From IMG/VR virus record IMGVR_UViG_3300018080_008436, positions 1 through 64,000 of that record: 64,000 bases of DNA. One strand, written 5' to 3'. Positions 55,569 through 64,000 of this stretch are shown here, one piece after another; within the stretch, counting starts at the first letter, position 1; each line of letters begins with the position of its first letter. The position numbers were made by a program, and so were the translations under genes. Below the pieces are notes generated by a model. The model had not been told where the DNA came from. It searched no databases and saw nothing but the letters and a program-made list of their open reading frames with translations.

Positions 55569-55866
55569 CTTCTTCCTCCTTGGGATACGTCTTGTACTTG
55601 ACACCATATTTCTCAGAGATTTGACATCGGTTTGGTGCCAAGTAGTTCCATTGTTCAATAGTTGGCATCCCATCCAGTTCTTGAAAAAGTTCTTCACTGT
55701 ATTGTCGGGTAATTCCACAACAGAGAAATTGCTCTCCTGTTTCCTCGTCCTCAACCACAGGAATTCTCTCTTGGAAAAGTTTGGCCACTTTCCCAACGAG
55801 TAATTCGTCATCGGGTTCATTCGAGACTGTAATGACTCTATCGCCAACTTTGATATCTTCTTTCAA
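55561..55866 (-). CDS. hypothetical protein
   Basis: SD AAGGAG. Confidence 0.65.
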   Translation of the reverse strand: MKEDIKVGDRVITVSNEPDDELLVGKVAKLFQERIPVVEDEETGEQFLCCGITRQYSEELFQELDGMPTIEQWNYLAPNRCQISEKYGVKYKTYPKEEEDE

Positions 55867-55867
55867 T

Positions 55868-56203
55868 TTACCACTCCTTGTTTTCGACTGGTGTAACAGA
55901 TTCTGTTTCTGTAGAAGTCTTCAGAGTGTTGATCGCCCTAGTCTTAACTGCCTGCTCTTTTTCTCTGTTAATTTCGTGATATTCGCTTAAGATGATTTTA
56001 TCATCCTCCAAAGCTTTCTGGACAACAGGGAGGATCTCAGGATACTCTTCAGCGAGACGATGAACCTTACCATATTCCTGGGTAGTGATCTCTTTCTTAC
56101 CAACTGATTTGATTGCCATGACAAAAAAGAAAATAGTAAGTCCGACGACAAAAGCTATTGCTGTATGACAAGCAGTTCTTGATTCACAATTTGAACAACC
56201 CAT
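55868..56203 (-). CDS. membrane-anchored hypothetical protein
   Basis: N-terminal TM; SD GGAGG. Confidence 0.7.
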   Translation of the reverse strand: MGCSNCESRTACHTAIAFVVGLTIFFFVMAIKSVGKKEITTQEYGKVHRLAEEYPEILPVVQKALEDDKIILSEYHEINREKEQAVKTRAINTLKTSTETESVTPVENKEW

Positions 56204-56214
56204 GGTAAGCCTCC

Positions 56215-56952
56215 TTAACCAATACAGAAACGTTGCCGATTCAATGCCTTGCCATCCTCAAGCCCTTCAAGAACGACTTCGGCAATTCGAGGGTCAACAT
56301 CGTTATCAGGATGTTCGGGATCTTGAAGAATCTCCTTGAGGCGTTTTACGCGCCCTTGACGAATTTGCTCATCCAACTGGGACCGTTTCTCCTTCAGAGC
56401 CTGGATCTGCTTTTCAACCTCATCCAACTCTTTTGTTACTCCTGGGGCATCCAATCCATCAATCCATTCTTTTTGATATGAATTGACATTGCAATAGAAT
56501 TGTTTCCCCTCTCTACACACTTTGTCATTCTGGGTCATAATGAAAGTGTCAATCCGATAGTTAAGTGCTTCCAGGCCGTCATCAATGAACTGCTCAAGAT
56601 TGTCAGCAATCTTTTCAGTGACCTCTCCGACTACTCTATTAAACTTTTTGACTCGTCCTTCCCACCCTCTACAACCGTTGAATTTGAGATATTCGAGGAT
56701 CTGTTTAAGAGTACCTTCGATTTTTACTTCCCCACTCCAACCAATGATGAATTTGCTTTTCTCAAAGAACTCTCGAAGAGATGGATGCAGAGCCTTGTAG
56801 TCAACTGTCCCGATAACACAATGGGGCAAAAGAGTTTCAACCCCTTCTGAAACTTTTTCAGTTACGTTGGTTGTGAATTCCAGGTCATCGCGAGTAATGT
56901 CTCTAGTCTTCTTGTAGAGATTGCCAAAGCGGGTTTCTGTAATTTCGATCAT
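56215..56952 (-). CDS. hypothetical coiled-coil protein
   Basis: SD AAGGAG; promoter upstream. Confidence 0.75.
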   Translation of the reverse strand: MIEITETRFGNLYKKTRDITRDDLEFTTNVTEKVSEGVETLLPHCVIGTVDYKALHPSLREFFEKSKFIIGWSGEVKIEGTLKQILEYLKFNGCRGWEGRVKKFNRVVGEVTEKIADNLEQFIDDGLEALNYRIDTFIMTQNDKVCREGKQFYCNVNSYQKEWIDGLDAPGVTKELDEVEKQIQALKEKRSQLDEQIRQGRVKRLKEILQDPEHPDNDVDPRIAEVVLEGLEDGKALNRQRFCIG

Positions 56953-56993
56953 TGTTGCCTCTCCTTAGTTGGTTTTATTTAGATTATAGAACC

Positions 56994-57021
56994 AACATAG
57001 CCTGTAATTTCAAAATGTCAA
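56994..57021 (-). promoter_or_regulatory. sigma70-type promoter
   Basis: TTGACA-N16-TATGTT. Confidence 0.75.
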
Positions 57022-57036
57022 GCTATAAAAGAAAAT

Positions 57037-57687
57037 TTATTCTTCGACAACGTCAATATGATCGCCTTTGGCTGAATTACAATGCTGACACATAGTTTGC
57101 ATGTTACTAAGACAGTCCTTACCGCCCTTTGATCTTGGCATGATATGATCTTTTGTAATCAAAACCTTTTCACCATCCTTCATGCCATAAAGATTGAAAT
57201 GCCATCTATTGTCGCCTGGGTTTTTAACCTTCAAGAAGAACGTTCCTTCCAGACCGCAGATGGTACAGACACAACCTTTCTCTTTGAACGTCCTGAGTCT
57301 CAAGGAATTCATTTTGATGTCATCACCATCAAACTCTTTGAGTTGTGGTTTCATGCCATATCGTTTCTTGACATGTTGAAGAACCTCATCAACTGAGTAC
57401 TTCTTTTCACCATACAAAATTCTTGAAGGTTTCTTCTTATTCTGTCTCTTTCTTCTTTGGGTCTTCGAAGGGGTGCTGAATCCTTTTGACGAAACCGTAA
57501 AAAGATATGTGCCTCGGTTGTCGATGATTTTGATATTGAAACCTTGCTCCAAAACAAATGCACCAACAGCATTCAGCATGATCTCATTAGTCCAATTGTC
57601 GAAAAACATCCCACTTTTCCAACCGAAGTCATCGAAAGCTTCTTGAACCTTTTTATCCCCCTGTTTACAAATTACTCTAACTCTCAT
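57037..57687 (-). CDS. HNH endonuclease domain protein
   Basis: CTIC...TKDHIMPRSKGG....N....C..CNSAKG. Confidence 0.88.
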   Translation of the reverse strand: MRVRVICKQGDKKVQEAFDDFGWKSGMFFDNWTNEIMLNAVGAFVLEQGFNIKIIDNRGTYLFTVSSKGFSTPSKTQRRKRQNKKKPSRILYGEKKYSVDEVLQHVKKRYGMKPQLKEFDGDDIKMNSLRLRTFKEKGCVCTICGLEGTFFLKVKNPGDNRWHFNLYGMKDGEKVLITKDHIMPRSKGGKDCLSNMQTMCQHCNSAKGDHIDVVEE

Positions 57688-57688
57688 A

Positions 57689-58153
57689 TCAGGCATAAGT
57701 CTCCATCTTAAGCACTTCCAATGCTTTTCTGAGTGCTCCCATAACAGGAACATCAATGTTGTCAATATCGAACCATTTCAGTTCTGAGCACTTATCGTGC
57801 TCCATGATATTCGGAACTCCCCGCCAATCTGTTGCTTTGAAGAAGAGAGTGATGTAATGAAGACCTTCTTTTTCGAAGATGACATTCTCGAAGCAAACCT
57901 TCTTTATGTTGATCAGATCGACTCCGATCTCTTCTTTGACTTCTCTCTGGCAACAGGTCAGGAAGTCTTCTCCAATGTCCATATGTCCACCAGGGCAGGC
58001 CCATTTCTCTGACTGGTGAGATCCTTTCCTCTTCATTAGAAGGATCTTTCTGACATGATAGGGGTCATGTTGGACATGGTGTATGAACATGATACCAACT
58101 CCAACCTTGGGGGTATCCTGTTTCTTCTTCATCGGACTGAAATCAACGCTCAT
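57689..58153 (-). CDS. Nudix hydrolase (MutT/NUDT15-like)
   Basis: PGGHMDIGE....CCQREVKEEIG; HYITLF; EHDKC. Confidence 0.9.
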   Translation of the reverse strand: MSVDFSPMKKKQDTPKVGVGIMFIHHVQHDPYHVRKILLMKRKGSHQSEKWACPGGHMDIGEDFLTCCQREVKEEIGVDLINIKKVCFENVIFEKEGLHYITLFFKATDWRGVPNIMEHDKCSELKWFDIDNIDVPVMGALRKALEVLKMETYA

Positions 58154-58175
58154 TGTTCTAACCCATCGATAAATT

Positions 58176-58694
58176 TTAGCGGTTAATGTAAGAGATTCTT
58201 GTGTCATCACTTATTGTTTTTGGGGAAAGCCAGATCAGTTTGGCACATTCTTCATTGGCCACCTTCACAGCAAGATCAACTACCTCGTCATGGTCGAATG
58301 CCATGTCGTCTGGGTGCAGGTCATCTATTTTGACCCATTCCGCTTTTTGAACCTCTTCTGGATTTACATTTAATTCTGGCTTCTCACTTAAGAGGAAATA
58401 GTACACAACAGTGACATATCTACCTCTTGGGTCTCTCCCCTTAGTGCTGATTGCCCCAGCTTGACCGAACATGACAATCCTTTCGTCATGAGGATGAATA
58501 CCCGTTTCTTCCTGAAGCTCCCTCAATGCAGTATCATCTGTATTGAGATCGGTCTCGTCCAAATGTCCACCAGGAACAGCGTATTTGCCCCTGAAAGGTT
58601 CGTTATTCCGTTTGATCAAAAGAATCTCATCTCCGCAGATTACAACTGCATCTGCTGTGACCGATTGCATCGGCCAATCATAAGTATAGGACAT
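58176..58694 (-). CDS. Nudix hydrolase (ADP-ribose pyrophosphatase/NrtR-like)
   Basis: PGGH...ALRELQEETG; RDPRGR; MAFDH. Confidence 0.9.
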   Translation of the reverse strand: MSYTYDWPMQSVTADAVVICGDEILLIKRNNEPFRGKYAVPGGHLDETDLNTDDTALRELQEETGIHPHDERIVMFGQAGAISTKGRDPRGRYVTVVYYFLLSEKPELNVNPEEVQKAEWVKIDDLHPDDMAFDHDEVVDLAVKVANEECAKLIWLSPKTISDDTRISYINR

Positions 58695-58695
58695 G

Positions 58696-58920
58696 TTATA
58701 GTTCCTTCCATTTTTGGATTGCGTGAGGAATTAAGAGTATGGGCCATAGAAATACCCAAATGATAAATATTTTAGCCTCATCTCTCGATGAGAAAAAGGC
58801 TGAGCTTCCTTTTTTGGATAGTGCAAGAAATACTAAAAAGGTGGGAATGCCAAATGTAATCCCAGATACATATGACATGAACAAAATGAAGACAATTATT
58901 CTCAAAGTCATCTCAAGCAT
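58696..58920 (-). CDS. small membrane protein
   Basis: Two TM segments. Confidence 0.6.
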   Translation of the reverse strand: MLEMTLRIIVFILFMSYVSGITFGIPTFLVFLALSKKGSSAFFSSRDEAKIFIIWVFLWPILLIPHAIQKWKEL

Positions 58921-58963
58921 TTCCTACATTCCTTATTGGCCAAATTCAAACTCTTCATCATCT

Positions 58964-59338
58964 TCAACACTCTTCTTCTAGATCTTCATGTTCATACAGT
59001 TCTGGATTTAGATCAGTGTCTTTGATGATCTTTTCGCAAGCATCCTTGACTATATACTCAAGAGTTTGAATTCTATCTGATACACAGTTCATCTTTCTTT
59101 CAAGAAGTTCTTGAGCCTTTTCTCTAATCAATCGATTTCGATCTGCATGGAACTTCCGTATCAATTCAGAGAATTTAACCTCATGCCCATTAATCTTTAG
59201 TTCGATCTCATAGACACCATCTTTAGATTCACTTACTAATTGTTTAAATTCTTCTCTTGAAAGAGTTGTAGTGAGAGTAACCAAAGCCCAATGCTCTGGT
59301 GTATCTCTTTTTTCTGCCCTGAAATTGAACAGTTCCAT
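58964..59338 (-). CDS. hypothetical protein
   Basis: SD GGAG. Confidence 0.7.
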   Translation of the reverse strand: MELFNFRAEKRDTPEHWALVTLTTTLSREEFKQLVSESKDGVYEIELKINGHEVKFSELIRKFHADRNRLIREKAQELLERKMNCVSDRIQTLEYIVKDACEKIIKDTDLNPELYEHEDLEEEC

Positions 59339-59436
59339 TATTCAAACTCCGCTTTGAGTTTCTCGTATTCCAGACGGCGTTACGATAACCGTTTAAATTA
59401 AACATTACGATGAATATAACATGTTTACTGGCAATG

Positions 59437-59655
59437 TCAAGTCTTCTTGCCCCATTTTATCCAGTTGATTACATTGAAGGTAAAATAGGTTATTTGAAGG
59501 AGCAATAGTCCCCATAGTTGATTGGTAATCGCCACATATGTTAATAGAAAATTCGATATGGAGAAAAGCACAAAACAGGAACGATTCTTCTCTCCTATCA
59601 AATATATGGCGGGAAGTGTTATAAGGAAGGCTGATATATCAACCCAGTTAATCAT
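59437..59655 (-). CDS. PnuC-like small 3-TM protein
   Basis: Three TMs, LLQ..Y......W..W pattern. Confidence 0.6.
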   Translation of the reverse strand: MINWVDISAFLITLPAIYLIGEKNRSCFVLFSISNFLLTYVAITNQLWGLLLLQITYFTFNVINWIKWGKKT

Positions 59656-59858
59656 TGGTCATCCATCTTCTGAAGGATGATCGAGAAGTAGCCTTCGTCT
59701 GACACCACTTTTTGATAACTATTGCCACTTGATACAGATACGTTTTTCCAGACAGCAACATGAGTATCTGGGACTGGATACCATCCATCCTTAAGATGTG
59801 TATTGACTTCATTTTGAAATTTCCATGGTTCCTCTTCGTAAATCATTTTGAACTGCAT
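59652..59858 (-). CDS. DUF1737-like protein
   Basis: FQNEVN.HLKDGW.P. Confidence 0.55.
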   Translation of the reverse strand: MQFKMIYEEEPWKFQNEVNTHLKDGWYPVPDTHVAVWKNVSVSSGNSYQKVVSDEGYFSIILQKMDDQ

Positions 59859-59870
59859 TGTGTTTCTCCA

Positions 59871-60464
59871 TTAAATGTTGTTAATACGATCTAAGTTATC
59901 CTCAAGGATCTGAATCATTTCATCTTTGTATTCTCTTGCCCTCCTGAGCGCTTCTTCTTTTGTTGGTCCTAAGGCTCCAATAAGGCATTCTTTGGTCATG
60001 TCTCTCCAATCGGGATACTCAAAAAATGTTGACCAGTTATCGTCTGTATGTTGAACAACCCACTTATTGTCTATCTTCCTGGGAAGCTCTCCATCTACAA
60101 TGAGTGCCTCTGGAATACCAATTCTTGAGAAGTAGGCTTCTGGAGTTATGAAGTTATATGGATAGGCGGGAGGATCTGTTCTAAGATAAACGCAACGATA
60201 GTCCATGCTAATCAAATCATCGGCAACTTGTTCGCCATTATTTAAGTTAACTAAGACTTCATATCCTGCAACTTCAGGCATCTTTCTGTCCAACTCAATG
60301 TTAAGAAAGAAAGCGTTTGAATGTTGGTCATTAGTCAAGATATCCACCATTCTTTGAGCGTCTTCTTCGGTTGACCATAATGAATGAGCATAATCATTCT
60401 GGGTGCTACCCTCAAAAACTAAATAGTATACATGTTGACTTTCGAGTATGATCGTATTGTTCAT
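59871..60464 (-). CDS. MIKPIILD-family paralog
   Basis: NTIILESQ.VYYLV..AHSLWSTEEDA. Confidence 0.8.
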   Translation of the reverse strand: MNNTIILESQHVYYLVFEGSTQNDYAHSLWSTEEDAQRMVDILTNDQHSNAFFLNIELDRKMPEVAGYEVLVNLNNGEQVADDLISMDYRCVYLRTDPPAYPYNFITPEAYFSRIGIPEALIVDGELPRKIDNKWVVQHTDDNWSTFFEYPDWRDMTKECLIGALGPTKEEALRRAREYKDEMIQILEDNLDRINNI

Positions 60465-61012
60465 CTCATCCAGTGTTGTCTTCTATTCCTTGGATCAAGT
60501 CTATTATACCATGGTTCTTGAGAGTTTGCTCTTTCTCTGCGTCTAAATTCTCGGTTAAATTCAGGATGAACTCCTTCTGACATCTCACTGATGATGTATC
60601 TTGGAGTTGAGTCTGTTGGTTTCTTACAAGAGGTCACTCTTCGCTCTTGATGTCTTTCTTGATCTCTTCGTAATCGATCTTGATCCTCCCGCTCCAAGGC
60701 TCTTCCTTCTGCACGAGCTTCTCTTCTAATCTCTGCCATTTTGGTCATATGGTTATAGACCACTTTTAAATTAACACAACGATCATAAGAGAATGAGATC
60801 AGACGATCATCAACTAATTCTTCATCAAGGATTACCTCTTCACCATAAAGATCTACGATCCCTTTGTACCATCCGTTCAACCAGTTGGAAGCTGTTTGCC
60901 CAGTTTTTTCATCAATGATAACAGTCACAACTCCCATATATGAGTAAGGACCTTCTGTCATCCTTCCCATAGTGCAAACTTCAGGCTTTATGTCTAAGAT
61001 CGCAACATTCAT
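60461..61012 (-). CDS. hypothetical protein
   Basis: ATGA overlaps. Confidence 0.7.
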   Translation of the reverse strand: MNVAILDIKPEVCTMGRMTEGPYSYMGVVTVIIDEKTGQTASNWLNGWYKGIVDLYGEEVILDEELVDDRLISFSYDRCVNLKVVYNHMTKMAEIRREARAEGRALEREDQDRLRRDQERHQERRVTSCKKPTDSTPRYIISEMSEGVHPEFNREFRRRERANSQEPWYNRLDPRNRRQHWMR

Positions 61013-61404
61013 CTTCCCAGAAACTTCCTTGTTGCTGAAACACTCATCTTGTTCAGGTTCTTGAGATCAGGCATTTGAATAACAAAACCTTCTTTGTCTC
61101 TCATAGTCTCGATCTCTTTCCAAGCCCCTGCTGAGACAGTATTTGTTTTTGCTGTTGAAAAGGCAAGACCATCACATGTCTTTACAATTCTGACAAAGAA
61201 CTTCATAATATAAGCACTGTCTTTGCCTCTTGCCTTCATCTTTTGAACATGCTTTTCAAATTTTGGATGACCAGGATCAATTACTTCAAAACCCATATCC
61301 TTCAACATTTGGACATGCATCTTGGATCTTTTCGATCCGTAGTGCTTCATGCAGTAAGCGTAATAAACTCTAGGCTTCGCCTTCGTTTTCTTCGACGTAT
61401 TCAT
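61009..61404 (-). CDS. nucleoside 2-deoxyribosyltransferase-like fold protein
   Basis: VYYAY..VIDP..VKTCDGLAF..SAGAWKEI. Confidence 0.55.
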   Translation of the reverse strand: MNTSKKTKAKPRVYYAYCMKHYGSKRSKMHVQMLKDMGFEVIDPGHPKFEKHVQKMKARGKDSAYIMKFFVRIVKTCDGLAFSTAKTNTVSAGAWKEIETMRDKEGFVIQMPDLKNLNKMSVSATRKFLGR

Positions 61405-61936
61405 TTGTTGCCTCTCCCCATCTTTTGTTAAGGTCATGCATCATGTCATAAAATAGATCAAAGAATTTGTTTTTGTCACCAAATTCTTTGTTAATTTTAT
61501 GATACTTCTCGGCAATGTCGCACATAAGTTCATCCCTTACCCTTCTGGCGATATTTTGTGCAGTTCCTGAGTCTCCTTTCCCAGGTCTAACCCAAGCAAT
61601 ATCATGAGTGGATGCTAATGTCATAGCCGAATCTCTTTCCTCGTCACTTCGAAATCCCCCCAACTTAAAAGACCAGACGCAATATCTTGGCTTCTTAAGC
61701 ATATGGTGGACTCTGACCTTCATCTCATCATAGCTTTTCTTCTTGAGGTAGTCTTGGGCTTTCTGGTCAGCACCATAGTAGTCTCCGACAACAAAGATCG
61801 CTCCCTCTTTGATCCCTTGGTCAATCTTAGGTATGTAGTGCTCTGCGAATTCTTCGTCTGTAATATTCCTGTGCCCACTAATGAAATAAACAAGCGTTGT
61901 CAATCCTCGAACTCTTTCCGTTACCATCTTGGCCAT
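61370..61936 (-). CDS. SLOG-superfamily-like protein
   Basis: FISGHR..VGDYYGAD..RDSAMT..SGTAQNI. Confidence 0.65.
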   Translation of the reverse strand: MAKMVTERVRGLTTLVYFISGHRNITDEEFAEHYIPKIDQGIKEGAIFVVGDYYGADQKAQDYLKKKSYDEMKVRVHHMLKKPRYCVWSFKLGGFRSDEERDSAMTLASTHDIAWVRPGKGDSGTAQNIARRVRDELMCDIAEKYHKINKEFGDKNKFFDLFYDMMHDLNKRWGEATNEYVEENEGEA

Positions 61937-61940
61937 GACA

Positions 61941-62552
61941 TCACCTTTCAAATTGTTCAATCATCTTTTCAATGGCTTTGATTCGGCTTGGAGCCTCCCC
62001 ATTGTAATGAATGACTTGTGGATGCTTAAAGTCCTTGTTCCAAGGTCTCAACGGCATAATTCCCAAACCTCTTGGTCTTTTATCCAACCAACTGAGCATG
62101 TAGTCAGGATAGTCATCGATCAAAATCCTGCCATACACAAGGCTTTTGTCTTGGGTAATGGTTACTCCTACGTTTGGTGGAAGATGCTTTGCACACCACT
62201 CTACTTTCTGAGTCCATGCAGTTTTGGTGGTTCTTGGTCCTTTGGTCAAGACATGAATCTCGAACCCAACACCAATTGCAGATTTAACAAGATCAAAGCC
62301 ATCTTCAAGTCTTGGCAGGTTTAGCCACCAATCCTTACTGTTTTTGATCATATCAATTCTGTTCTGCAAGTATTCAGGATACTTTGTGTCGTGATTCATG
62401 TCAAATTCGGGTTCATTGGGGGATCTCAACCTTTCGAGATCTTTCTCCAACTGACCAGTGTAATCAGCGACAGTACCATCCATATCGAGTAGACAGATCT
62501 TCTCGCCTGTAGTGGATTCGGGGCCATTCGTCCTTTGATCGACTTGTATCAT
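61941..62552 (-). CDS. 5'(3')-deoxyribonucleotidase (NT5C, HAD)
   Basis: LDMDGTVAD; K.EW; DKSLV.G.ILIDD; PWN. Confidence 0.88.
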   Translation of the reverse strand: MIQVDQRTNGPESTTGEKICLLDMDGTVADYTGQLEKDLERLRSPNEPEFDMNHDTKYPEYLQNRIDMIKNSKDWWLNLPRLEDGFDLVKSAIGVGFEIHVLTKGPRTTKTAWTQKVEWCAKHLPPNVGVTITQDKSLVYGRILIDDYPDYMLSWLDKRPRGLGIMPLRPWNKDFKHPQVIHYNGEAPSRIKAIEKMIEQFER

Positions 62553-62767
62553 CACTTACCTCTATATACAATTCGACCTTTGCTCAGATCATAAGGTGAC
62601 ATTTCAACTCTGACTTTGTCACCTGTCATGATCTTGATGAAGTTCATTCTCATTTTGCCCGAAATGTGGGCAAGGATCTCATGATCATTGTCAAGTTTGA
62701 CTTTGAACATGGTGTTTGGGAGGACTTGCGTAACAACGCCCTCAACTCGAATTGTGTCTTTCGCCAT
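62552..62767 (-). CDS. infA: translation initiation factor IF-1
   Basis: EGVV...[42 protein letters not shown]. Confidence 0.97.
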   Translation of the reverse strand: MAKDTIRVEGVVTQVLPNTMFKVKLDNDHEILAHISGKMRMNFIKIMTGDKVRVEMSPYDLSKGRIVYRGK

Positions 62768-62784
62768 TTCTGGTCTCCTTTTGT

Positions 62785-63078
62785 TTACGTTAAGTCTGTG
62801 TCTTCATGCCAGTCTTCTGGATCTTTGAAGGCAAACTGAAATAGTTCTCGAACATCCCCTTTAATATACTCCTGTTTCTTCTTATCCTCAATATTTGAGA
62901 CATACTCTTCAAGACTAGAAGCTACCTCTGAGAGGAATTCCTCAAACTCACTATGATACCCCCAACGATTAAGGGAGCAACGCATGATCTCTGCAACCAA
63001 CTTGTCAGTTTTTAGCTCCACAGAGACTTTAATTTCATTGTCAGAATCTTCGAATTCCAAATCAATAGTTTGCATCAC
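62785..63078 (-). CDS. hypothetical protein
   Basis: ORF in operon. Confidence 0.65.
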   Translation of the reverse strand: MMQTIDLEFEDSDNEIKVSVELKTDKLVAEIMRCSLNRWGYHSEFEEFLSEVASSLEEYVSNIEDKKKQEYIKGDVRELFQFAFKDPEDWHEDTDLT

Positions 63079-63958
63079 AAAAACCTATCTTTTGCCACAG
63101 TTTGTTGTAATCAACATTTGCCGCAACCTTATCCATACCCATGGGATCAGTTCCCCATCCACCATCTCTTCGATAAGGTCTTCCTTCTACCCAACCGAAT
63201 ATCTCTGGATGGAAATGACTCACTGCCGCCGCTGGATCGTGGAACTTCTTCTCACTATGCTTTGCAAGATACATGTCCATAGCTTCAACAAACAGTTCTC
63301 CTGCTCTGTCTCTGACCTTGAGCGTAGGAGCAACCTGTTCATGAACATCCTGGTTGTAAAGAATCGTATGGCATACGTTCTTGCCGACGAATCTTCTATC
63401 ACCAATAAGCGCATTGACGAATTCAATCGTTCCCTTAACATCACCATTCATATTGAAGGTCGGGACAGTGATTTTATCTCTGAACTTGTCAAGAACGGGA
63501 ACCTTGTGCTTCCCATGCAGATTGTATGACAGGAACCCTCCCTGCATAGTTGCCTTGGGGATTGTTGAATTTGAATAAGGGTAATACTCTTTTAGGTAAT
63601 TACCCGTACTGATTGGAGGTCCACAGATAAAAAGATGGCAATCAGGGTCTTTATCTCTAGCTTCCTTCATCAATTCTGCACCATCACCATCATGGGTATG
63701 TTCCAAAGGATATCCGTACTTCTTGAGCATCTTGTAGTGAATGCTTCCTGAAGATCTTTTGTTCCTGTCAAGCTTTCCAACTCCGATAGGAAAGTCTAAG
63801 TCAAGTTGATCTCGAATCAAGTGACAAACAGCAACTTGATCTGCATCTCCAGGTGAGATGTTGACGAGCTTAATGTCTACTCCTGACGAGATAAACCAAA
63901 GCAGAGCAAAAAAATCATCGGGGTCTCTTCCGATATCAGTATCAATTATCATTTTCAT
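63062..63958 (-). CDS. nucleoside hydrolase (IU-NH family-like)
   Basis: IIDTDIGRDPDD; GP; QGG; FN; FHDP. Confidence 0.85.
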   Translation of the reverse strand: MKMIIDTDIGRDPDDFFALLWFISSGVDIKLVNISPGDADQVAVCHLIRDQLDLDFPIGVGKLDRNKRSSGSIHYKMLKKYGYPLEHTHDGDGAELMKEARDKDPDCHLFICGPPISTGNYLKEYYPYSNSTIPKATMQGGFLSYNLHGKHKVPVLDKFRDKITVPTFNMNGDVKGTIEFVNALIGDRRFVGKNVCHTILYNQDVHEQVAPTLKVRDRAGELFVEAMDMYLAKHSEKKFHDPAAAVSHFHPEIFGWVEGRPYRRDGGWGTDPMGMDKVAANVDYNKLWQKIGFCDANY

Positions 63959-64000
63959 TGTATTTCTCCAATTTATATAAACATAGCATGTTGTTTGGGG

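Noticed and set aside
57037-57687. HNH gene as an intron or intein homing element
   Set aside because: Free-standing between intact genes; no interrupted host gene visible.

Overview
Fragment of a large (jumbo-like) bacteriophage genome, genetic code 11, almost entirely minus-strand and made mostly of small hypothetical genes. No structural or replication core genes and no recombinase are visible. (1) 1.8-30.5 kb: an early/host-takeover-like region built of short operons, each with a sigma70-type promoter (TTGAC-N17-TATGTT, TG-extended) and most with an intrinsic terminator. They are separated by 22 copies of a 38-bp element (15-bp inverted arms around an asymmetric 8-bp spacer, loxP-like geometry), and single arms of that element supply the stop codons of several genes. 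This region also has 3 tRNAs, 2 tRNA-like genes whose anticodon loop is replaced by a ~70-120 nt insert, two tandem structured RNAs and a promoter-driven 3-codon minigene. (2) 32.3-61 kb: about 33 paralogous genes sharing an N-terminal 'MIKPIILD' leader, most followed by a 'YIV...I(H/D)S(I/V)W.....A' domain and variable C-termini, surrounding an AAA+/M41 protease gene. (3) 57-64 kb: HNH nuclease, two Nudix enzymes, PnuC-like, SLOG-like, NT5C, IF-1 and nucleoside hydrolase genes. All calls come from visual motif recognition; no database searches were run.
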